A stretch of 64,000 nucleotides of DNA from an uncultured virus (IMG/VR IMGVR_UViG_3300030104_002980). Taxonomy: Duplodnaviria; Heunggongvirae; Uroviricota; Caudoviricetes. The notes beneath the pieces are model-generated. The model was not told the origin of the DNA, did no database searches, and was given only the letters and a program-made list of their open reading frames with translations. Positions 56,880 to 64,000 of this stretch are shown one piece after another. A program made the translations under genes and the position numbers. Positions within the stretch are counted from its first letter, which is position 1, and each line of letters starts with the position of its first letter. The stretch is from IMG/VR virus record IMGVR_UViG_3300030104_002980. One strand, given 5' to 3'.

Positions 56880-58154
56880 ATGAAAGGTTTTTCACGATTT
56901 TTAGTTGAAGCAGAAGAATCCAAAGTAGCCGCACAAGCAAAAAGACTTAATCTCAAGAGTGATGGTCATGGCGGTTGGTTAGATGCTGGTGGAAAGTATG
57001 TTGCAAAAACAGAGAAAGGTAAATTAAAATTCTTTGGTAAGAGAGGTGGAGCAAAAGAAGATCCACAAACACAAACTCGTAGACCAACACCAGAACCAAT
57101 CAAAACTAAAGTTGCTGCAAGACCCGGACAAGTTGCAGCACCAGCAAAACCAGCAAAACCAGAAACTGCAGCACCTGTAAAGACAAAAAAACCTGATGAG
57201 GCAGAGACTGCAGAGGGAGATACAATTACAGTTGCTTTTGGTAGATTTAATCCACCAACTATAGGTCATGAAAAATTATTAAAAGCAGCACAAAAAGTTG
57301 CTGTGGGTGGTGAATTAAAAATATACCCATCAAGATCACAAGATCCAAAGAAAAATCCTCTTGATCCTGATATGAAAGTTTCATTCATGAGAAAGATGTT
57401 TCCAGAGTTTGAAGAAAATATTATAAATGATTCAGAAATGAGATCAATATTTAATGTATTGGTTACAGCAGCAGAGGAAGGATATAAAAATGTTAATATT
57501 GTTGTTGGAGCAGATCGTCAAGCAGAGTTTGAAAATCTTGCAAACAAATATAATGGAGAACTATATGATTTTGATGAGATTAGAGTTATTTCTGCTGGCG
57601 TGAGAGATGCTGATGCTGAAGGAGTTGAAGGGATGTCGGCATCTAAAATGAGAAAAGCTGTAGTAGATGATGATTTTAATTCATTTAAAACAGGAACACC
57701 AAGTTCTATAAAAGATGCAGATGCACAAGCTTTATATGATGCAGTTCGTTCTGGTATGAAGATTGCAAAGAAGAAAGCAGTTGCAGAATTATGGCAAATT
57801 GCACCTAAATGTGATCCAAGAGGTTTGAGAGAGCAATATGTGTCTGGTAATTTATATAAATTAGGTGATTATGTTGAAAGTTTGAATACGGGACTGATAG
57901 GAAAAATAATTCGTCGTGGAACTAATCATTTAATATGTGTAACCGAAGAAAATTATATGTTTAAAACATGGATAAAGGATGTCATGGAATATACTGAAGT
58001 CAGAATGAGTCGTCGTATGAGAGATAAAACACACCCAAATTACTTAATTGGCACTTCAGGATATAGAAAAAACGTTATGGATAAGATGGGTATGAAGAAA
58101 ATACAGAACTTTGATATTAAGGAGTTCATAAATAAATACAGACTAAAAAAGTGA
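56880..58154 (+). CDS. HIGH-family nucleotidyltransferase (cytidylyltransferase-like) with capsid-targeting-like N-terminus
   Basis: FGRFNPPTIGHEKL, VVGADR, GMSASKMR; starts MKGFSRFLVE; CTAAATA at 56854-56860. Confidence 0.85.
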   Translation: MKGFSRFLVEAEESKVAAQAKRLNLKSDGHGGWLDAGGKYVAKTEKGKLKFFGKRGGAKEDPQTQTRRPTPEPIKTKVAARPGQVAAPAKPAKPETAAPVKTKKPDEAETAEGDTITVAFGRFNPPTIGHEKLLKAAQKVAVGGELKIYPSRSQDPKKNPLDPDMKVSFMRKMFPEFEENIINDSEMRSIFNVLVTAAEEGYKNVNIVVGADRQAEFENLANKYNGELYDFDEIRVISAGVRDADAEGVEGMSASKMRKAVVDDDFNSFKTGTPSSIKDADAQALYDAVRSGMKIAKKKAVAELWQIAPKCDPRGLREQYVSGNLYKLGDYVESLNTGLIGKIIRRGTNHLICVTEENYMFKTWIKDVMEYTEVRMSRRMRDKTHPNYLIGTSGYRKNVMDKMGMKKIQNFDIKEFINKYRLKK

Positions 58155-58155
58155 C

Positions 58156-59499
58156 ATGCCACAAGGAATATCGCCAAACCCATTAAACAAACTATCACAA
58201 ATCTACTTAAGTCAGATTGTTGAATCTGGTTGTGATTGTGATTGTGAAGGATGTGGTCAAGACCCATGCATTAAGTGTGGAAGAAGTCATCATATTGTAA
58301 ATGAGCATCATAAGAAAGACGCAGATGGTAATACGATTCCTCATGAGGGTGAAGATGTTGATGAAGCAATGTATACAGGCCCTAACAAAGAAGATAGAAA
58401 GCAAATTAAAAAAATGGATGACCCTAGTTATGCTAAGAAGTTAGCAGACTATGAAAAGAATATGGATCCCAAGAAACGTCAGGCACTTAAGGATAAAGCA
58501 ACTAAGGGTATGAAGTTTACTCATGAAGCATTTTCTGACACAGGTATGGCAAAAGGATCTGGAAAACCATCTGGTGCTATGAAAGATTTTCTTGATAAGA
58601 AAGCAAAGAAACTAGAAAAACAAAGAGCGTCACAATCTCAAGCTGCTAGAAATAATCCTCACTTTGATAGCACACAACCATCACCGTCAGGTAGAAATAA
58701 GTATATGGAATCTATTTCTAATTGGAGAGAAGATTTTATATGGGAAGAAGAAGTTGAAGGCCCCGACAATAAAGATAATAAAAAAGTAACAGAGAAAAAT
58801 ATAAAAAATAAAATTGTTATTAATCCTAAATTAGGTGAGGCAGTTGAAAGTATGGGTGGACAACTGATTGATGTTGTTGAAATGGATATGGATAAAAAGG
58901 GTCAAGAGGATCCACAAATGAAATCAAAGATGCTTCGTCAAAGGCAACTTAAAAAACAAGTATTACTTCGTAAATTACAGGCAGTAAGACAAACTGGTGG
59001 TGAAGACATTGTTGCATCATATGAACCAGACGGTGAACAACTTGATGAATATGGTAATCCAAGAGTAGGAATGAGGTTGAAAGTTGCTCGTGCGATTGAT
59101 AAAGTAAATCCAAAACCAAAAGTAGGTAGTAAGAGAACTGCTATTTCAAACAAGTTGAAGATGTCTTCAATACGAGCAGAAACTAGAAGACAAAAACAAA
59201 AAGATAATCCATATTCAGTTGGTAAAAAAGTAAAGACTGCACTTGGAATGAGCACTGAAGACTATATTCCAGAAGAGGAATATGATCATTATAAAGATCG
59301 CATGGCTGAAAGGGGTATTGATATAAGTTCTCCTGATAAGAAAGATGCAACAACTATGCCAAGAAAACCAGAGAAACCATCAAAAGGCATGACTGCTGCA
59401 CAAAAAGCAGCAAAAGGTAAATCTGCACTTGATATTGTGAAAGCAGACATTAGGAAAAAATATGGTAAAGGTGCCATCATGGATATGGGTAAAAAATAA
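58156..59499 (+). CDS. Late modular Lys-rich hypothetical protein
   Basis: 447 aa; Cys cluster CDCDCEGC..PCIKC; modules delimited by xxE; CATAAATA at 58127-58134. Confidence 0.75.
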   Translation: MPQGISPNPLNKLSQIYLSQIVESGCDCDCEGCGQDPCIKCGRSHHIVNEHHKKDADGNTIPHEGEDVDEAMYTGPNKEDRKQIKKMDDPSYAKKLADYEKNMDPKKRQALKDKATKGMKFTHEAFSDTGMAKGSGKPSGAMKDFLDKKAKKLEKQRASQSQAARNNPHFDSTQPSPSGRNKYMESISNWREDFIWEEEVEGPDNKDNKKVTEKNIKNKIVINPKLGEAVESMGGQLIDVVEMDMDKKGQEDPQMKSKMLRQRQLKKQVLLRKLQAVRQTGGEDIVASYEPDGEQLDEYGNPRVGMRLKVARAIDKVNPKPKVGSKRTAISNKLKMSSIRAETRRQKQKDNPYSVGKKVKTALGMSTEDYIPEEEYDHYKDRMAERGIDISSPDKKDATTMPRKPEKPSKGMTAAQKAAKGKSALDIVKADIRKKYGKGAIMDMGKK

Positions 59500-62051
59500 T
59501 GCCAGCACTTTCCAAAAAACAACAAAGATTTATGGGAATGGTTTATGCAACCAAAAAAGGTGAAATGAATAATCCGTCACCTGAAGTTCAAAAGGCTGCA
59601 GACTCTATGAAAAAAAGTGATGCAAAAGATTTTGCATCTACAAAACATAAAGGTTTACCAAATAAAGTAGTGCAAAAGGAGGAATCAAACCCTCGTATTC
59701 CTAGAAAGAAAGGTCAACCAGCCGGATCTAAAAAACATTCTGATTTATATACTGATGAAAATCCTAAAGGAACTATTCATGGACTTGGTTTTAAGGATGT
59801 GGCTACTGCTAAAGCATCTGTCTCAAAAATACGTAATTCTTCAAGATCACATGCTCATAAAATTCAAGCAGCAGTTGCTATGGAACAAAGGGCAAGAGAA
59901 ATGGGTAAAACCTCTGAAGCAGCAGTCTATAGAAAATTCATCAACACGATGAAGGAAAAGACAAAGAAGATGAATGAAGCGATAAATCCTGCACAACAGG
60001 CTGCTATTGCTATCTCTAAAAAGAATAGATTGCAAGATTTAAAAATTGCTAAGAAAAAAAAGAAATCTATGAGTGAGAAAAAAGATCATGAACACTCAAT
60101 GATAAGATCTCAACTCTCTACTATCATGAGAGCATCACAGAGATTGAAGAAAAAAATGAAAGGTGAAGGTGATGTAGAAGCATGGGTTCAATCAAAGATT
60201 ACTAAAGCAGCAGATTATATAGATACTGCAGCAGATTATGTAGATAGTGGTGAAGTAAACGAGGAAGGTTTACGGGACTGGTTTGGTAAATCAAGCGGAA
60301 CTACTAAGTCTGGACGCAAAGTAAAAGGTTGGGTTCAAGTTGGTGGTAAGTATGATGGTAAACCTTGTGCTCGTCAACCCGGTCAGAAAACAACTCCTAA
60401 GTGCACCTCTTCATCAAAGAGAGCATCTATGAGTGATAAAGAAAGAGATAGTGCAAGAAGAAGAAAGGTAGCAAAAGACCCTAATCAACCACAGAAGTCA
60501 GGTGCAGCAGCACCAACAATGGTTTCAACTGATCCCAAAAAGAAAATGAAGGAAGCATACGGTGGTCAAGGAGTATCGAGAAAGGCAAAATTAGCATCAA
60601 CTCATCCTCCTACTGCACAAGCAGCAATCAAAAACATCCCTACAGAAACTGATAGGGGATCCGGTAACAAAGCAGCAAGGAGGGCTGGTATGGAAGTCAA
60701 AACAAAAAATCCTACTTTACAGGCATACTTAAAAAACAAAAAGAAAATTTCAGAGAGACATTACGGATCATCTGTAAATAAAATACCAGCAGAACTTGAC
60801 AAAGCAGTTGCGTTACATAAGAGTCAAGCAAAAAGATTAAGAGACTCTGATGAGGTAAAGAAAGATGCAGGGAAAGCTGCGAATAAAATTCCAGCACAAC
60901 TTGATAAGGCAGTTGCGATGCACACAAAACAGGCAAAGACATTAAGAGCTGCTGGAGTAGGAGAGGGATTTAAAGGATATGCAGATCTTAGTAAATCACA
61001 TCCAGAGGCAGTTAAAAAGATGGAAGATCATATTGCAAAACATTTTGGAAAGAAAAATCCAAGAGTGACTGGCGGTAAAATGGGTGTGAAGAAAGAGGAG
61101 TTTGTGAATGAAGCAAAGGTAGATCAAGGTAAAGATGACGCTTCTAAAATAAACACCAGAAATCAAAGAGCATTTGGTAACAGAAGAGATTCAAAGGGTG
61201 GAGGTCACACTGGTGATGATATGGAGGCAAGAAGATATAATACTGAAAAAGGAAGAGGTGTGAAAATGAGAGGAAAGAAAGATAAGACACCAATAAATTA
61301 TAAGAAGAGAGATAGTGACAAAGCTATTGATGAAATTTTAGGAAGAAAACCAAAAAAAGAACCTACCTACTTACAAAAAAAAGCTAGAACGGTTGAAATA
61401 AAAAGAAAAATAAAAAATAAAGAGGGTAAATTTGCTGAAGAGGTAGAATTAGTGAATGAAGCAGACAAGAAGGGTAAAGGTAGTGGCACTAAGGACGCAT
61501 GTTACCATAAGGTAAAGTCAAGATACTCTGTGTGGCCAAGTGCTTATGCATCAGGTGCGTTAGTTAAGTGTCGTAAAGTAGGTGCTGCTAATTGGGGTAA
61601 TAGTCGTAAGGAAGAGTTTGAAAGAGACGGTATCTCATTTGGTCAGTTTCAGGAGAAATGTTGGCCTGGATATGAAAAGAAAGGTATGAAGACTATGTTT
61701 GGAAAGAGATATCCAAACTGTGTTAAAAAAAAAGCTAGCAAAGAAGAAGTAGAGCACGTTTACGAAGATGATATGAAGGGTATGAGTGTCAAGTCAGGGC
61801 ACAAAAGACCTACAAAATCTGGTGCTGGTATGACAGCAAAGGGTGTTGCAGCATATCGTCGTAGAAATCCAGGCTCAAAACTAAAGACTGCGGTAACAAC
61901 AAAACCATCTAAATTAAAGAAAGGATCTAAGGCAGCAAACAGAAGGAAAAGTTACTGTGCTAGAAGTGCAGGGCAAATGAAGAAGTTTCCTAAAGCAGCG
62001 AAAGATCCAGATAGCAGATTAAGGCAAGCACGAAGACGCTGGAACTGCTGA
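59499..62051 (+). CDS. Very basic 850-aa modular (polyprotein-like) hypothetical protein
   Basis: Modules MPALSKKQQRFMGMV, HSDLYTDENPKGT, EAWVQSKIT, GLRDWF, DACYHKVKSRY..WPSAYASG, KCWPGY, RRKSYCARS...ARRRWNC. Confidence 0.8.
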   Translation: MPALSKKQQRFMGMVYATKKGEMNNPSPEVQKAADSMKKSDAKDFASTKHKGLPNKVVQKEESNPRIPRKKGQPAGSKKHSDLYTDENPKGTIHGLGFKDVATAKASVSKIRNSSRSHAHKIQAAVAMEQRAREMGKTSEAAVYRKFINTMKEKTKKMNEAINPAQQAAIAISKKNRLQDLKIAKKKKKSMSEKKDHEHSMIRSQLSTIMRASQRLKKKMKGEGDVEAWVQSKITKAADYIDTAADYVDSGEVNEEGLRDWFGKSSGTTKSGRKVKGWVQVGGKYDGKPCARQPGQKTTPKCTSSSKRASMSDKERDSARRRKVAKDPNQPQKSGAAAPTMVSTDPKKKMKEAYGGQGVSRKAKLASTHPPTAQAAIKNIPTETDRGSGNKAARRAGMEVKTKNPTLQAYLKNKKKISERHYGSSVNKIPAELDKAVALHKSQAKRLRDSDEVKKDAGKAANKIPAQLDKAVAMHTKQAKTLRAAGVGEGFKGYADLSKSHPEAVKKMEDHIAKHFGKKNPRVTGGKMGVKKEEFVNEAKVDQGKDDASKINTRNQRAFGNRRDSKGGGHTGDDMEARRYNTEKGRGVKMRGKKDKTPINYKKRDSDKAIDEILGRKPKKEPTYLQKKARTVEIKRKIKNKEGKFAEEVELVNEADKKGKGSGTKDACYHKVKSRYSVWPSAYASGALVKCRKVGAANWGNSRKEEFERDGISFGQFQEKCWPGYEKKGMKTMFGKRYPNCVKKKASKEEVEHVYEDDMKGMSVKSGHKRPTKSGAGMTAKGVAAYRRRNPGSKLKTAVTTKPSKLKKGSKAANRRKSYCARSAGQMKKFPKAAKDPDSRLRQARRRWNC
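60777..60947 (+). repeat. Intragenic duplication, 105-nt period
   Basis: NKIPAELDKAVALHKSQAKRLR / NKIPAQLDKAVAMHTKQAKTLR. Confidence 0.85.
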
Positions 62052-62080
62052 CCTATATAATATACGTTTAGGAAATTATT

Positions 62081-62275
62081 ATGCTTTCATTTTTACTACC
62101 ATTCGCATCAAAAATTGTATCTGATGCGGTGAATAAAATCCCTGAAAATGAGGAATTAGGGGATAAACTCATTGAAGTTTGTATAGTCATCCTTAAAAAA
62201 GCAGTTAAGTTAACAAAAACTGACATGGATGATAAACTTTTAGCGGAAGTCGAGAAGGCAATTCAGACCCGTTAA
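62081..62275 (+). CDS. Small conserved hypothetical protein
   Basis: L.KAVKLTKTDMDDKLL motif. Confidence 0.8.
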   Translation: MLSFLLPFASKIVSDAVNKIPENEELGDKLIEVCIVILKKAVKLTKTDMDDKLLAEVEKAIQTR

Positions 62276-62293
62276 TTTTGAAGATCACATATC

Positions 62294-62301
62294 TATAAAT
62301 A
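62294..62301 (+). promoter_or_regulatory. Late promoter TATAAATA
   Basis: Exact consensus upstream of 62335. Confidence 0.75.
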
Positions 62302-62334
62302 TTAATTAGCAAGAAAATCTAAAGAGAGAAAAAC

Positions 62335-63624
62335 ATGGCACTTTGGGGAAACAAGGATGCTGGTATTGGAACTGCCCCTGCAGCACATGCAGCGCAGGCC
62401 ACGTTAACCTTGAATTATGCAACAAAAGAAATTGTTGGAGCAGCAACCACGTTTGGTCGTGTCGGTGCAGCAAAAACAGGTGATGTAATAGAAATCGGAT
62501 CAAGAGCACCGGGTGCCACTTATTTCGGTAGTGCTACCATTGTTGGTATCGCAAGCACGACTTCCATTTCTATTGGATCAACAGCCGGTTTAAGCGGTGC
62601 AGCAATATCTGGAGTTACATTTTTCAAAGTTCGTGAGTGTCCTACCTCATCAGAAGGCGATCAATCATTCAGCACAAGAAATGATTCCGCATCTAGTTTG
62701 AATAAAATTGGAGAAGTAATTTTAGGAGCAGCAGTTGCCACTTCTGATGCAGCGGGTGTTGGTGTTAGTGTTTTCTCTGTAAGTAAGGCACAACAAAGTA
62801 GTGAGAGAGGACTAGGATTAATAGTCGGAGATAGCATAGATACAAATACTGGTAATCTTGTCATATCAAAAGTAAATGATGCTGTTGTGACCACATTATC
62901 TGCTGTTGGAGCAGGAGAAACAGTCTTTAGATTCGCTCCTCCACCGGGTATAAAACATGGTCAATTTATTCAAGACCAGAGTGGATCAATCGTTGGTTTT
63001 GGATCTACTACAGTAAAAGCGTTAGTTGGACAGGGTGCAACAACTAATTACATAACAATTAGTAATCTTGCTGGACATAATCTCTTGGCGGGAGACACAA
63101 TTTTAACTCCTAATATTGCATCTGCTGTTGCAATCGGAACAGTGAATGTAGGTGTTAATACTATTTCATTAGTTGCTGGTGCCTCTGGAGGAACAATTAC
63201 TGCTGGTATGGCGATCACAGTCTTTAGTGATACCATAGTTACATTAACTAAGGGTGCTGACATCGCTGTTAACGCTGGTTTAGGATTAACTATTGTTGGT
63301 GATGAGACTGCAGCATTCATATCATTTGGATCAACAACAGGATCAGCTATTAATTCTGGAGCAGGTGTAACTGTTAATAGATTCCAAGGTGGTTACGATA
63401 GATTCATATATGGAACTGCAGGTGCTGGTCTAACAGCAACGGGTGACTCTACTGCCGGTGATAAATTTATTCTTGACCATTCCGGATGGGTTGGTGTTCA
63501 AACATACGTTGATTCAGCGGGTAACTTAAGAGTTAAGAAAGAAGTATTAGTTGCAATGTCAGGTATTACAACTGCTGATACTCCGATCTATCCAGCATAT
63601 CCACCAAATCCACCAGCTGCATAA
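62335..63624 (+). CDS. Virion structural protein (fibre/decoration-like)
   Basis: MALWG start, G/A/T/V-rich body, C-terminal HSGWVG..TYVD..GNLRVK.EVLVAM. Confidence 0.75.
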   Translation: MALWGNKDAGIGTAPAAHAAQATLTLNYATKEIVGAATTFGRVGAAKTGDVIEIGSRAPGATYFGSATIVGIASTTSISIGSTAGLSGAAISGVTFFKVRECPTSSEGDQSFSTRNDSASSLNKIGEVILGAAVATSDAAGVGVSVFSVSKAQQSSERGLGLIVGDSIDTNTGNLVISKVNDAVVTTLSAVGAGETVFRFAPPPGIKHGQFIQDQSGSIVGFGSTTVKALVGQGATTNYITISNLAGHNLLAGDTILTPNIASAVAIGTVNVGVNTISLVAGASGGTITAGMAITVFSDTIVTLTKGADIAVNAGLGLTIVGDETAAFISFGSTTGSAINSGAGVTVNRFQGGYDRFIYGTAGAGLTATGDSTAGDKFILDHSGWVGVQTYVDSAGNLRVKKEVLVAMSGITTADTPIYPAYPPNPPAA

Positions 63625-63641
63625 ATTATTAAAAGTATGAT

Positions 63642-64000
63642 ATGAGATTTACTGAATTGAATGAGGGCAACTTCCTCTTGTTTGCGATTAAAAATTATGA
63701 AAATCCACAAGCCGTTACAAAGGACGACTTTGATAAGGATTTAAATCACTTCAAATATATCAAAAGATTATTGAAGAGATACAAAAACACTGGTGTCCTT
63801 AAATCTCATTTACTACTTAATCATTTTATAGTTCTCTATAATATTTTCGGTGAAGCGACAACTCCGATGTTATTTTACAAAATAGACGAAGATCTGTGGG
63901 ATACGATGAAGAGTTTTGTAATCTTTTTAAACAGATTACCTGAGTATCCTAAGACAAGCATGCATGATGTCAAAGTTGACGTGGTATGTTTGAAAGAACT
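63642..64000 (+). CDS. Conserved T4-like hypothetical protein, 3'-truncated by window edge
   Basis: MRFTELNEGNFLLFAIKNYENP...FKYIKRLLKRY...LLLNHFIVLYNIFG; open to the window end. Confidence 0.8.
   Translation, partial: MRFTELNEGNFLLFAIKNYENPQAVTKDDFDKDLNHFKYIKRLLKRYKNTGVLKSHLLLNHFIVLYNIFGEATTPMLFYKIDEDLWDTMKSFVIFLNRLPEYPKTSMHDVKVDVVCLKE

Noticed and set aside
1..64000. Numerous minus-strand and nested alternative-frame ORFs in the supplied track (e.g. 12621-13049, 18247-18669, 53357-53740)
   Set aside because: They are shadows of well-supported + strand genes and show no recognisable motifs or translation signals.
1..64000. tRNA genes, CRISPR arrays, rRNA
   Set aside because: Intergenic gaps are short, and I saw no cloverleaf/T-loop pattern or repeat-spacer periodicity.

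Overview
A 64 kb segment of a T4-like (Kyanoviridae-type) cyanomyovirus genome, most likely infecting Prochlorococcus or a related marine picocyanobacterium. It is AT-rich, every credible gene is on the + strand, and it carries pebS, a psbN-like gene, cobS, mazG, hsp20, pyrE and speD. Gene order: large virion protein, gp13-gp14-gp15-gp16, an accessory block, gp17-gp23, gp3, uvsY, uvsW, gp55, gp47, gp46, a nucleotide-sugar cassette, cobT-like/cobS/pebS, gp45, gp44, gp62, regA, hsp20, gp43, uvsX, gp41, mazG, then a late block of lysine-rich modular proteins. I saw no tRNA, CRISPR array, intron or intein. The most notable unexplained signals are: (1) a dispersed set of late-expressed ORFs starting with T4 internal-protein-like capsid-targeting peptides (MKTFKEFLQE and variants), plus polyprotein-like basic ORFs punctuated by gp21-type xxE sites, suggesting a packaged and injected cargo system; (2) a ROSE-like thermometer hairpin over the hsp20 ribosome-binding site; (3) two terminators whose loop (TTGAC) doubles as a -35 box, each preceded by a CGAGATG hairpin; (4) a strong antisense sigma70-type promoter back-to-back with the gp55 promoter; (5) apparent avoidance of GTAC, GGWCC and CCWGG. 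All calls come from motif recognition and synteny; no database searches were run.
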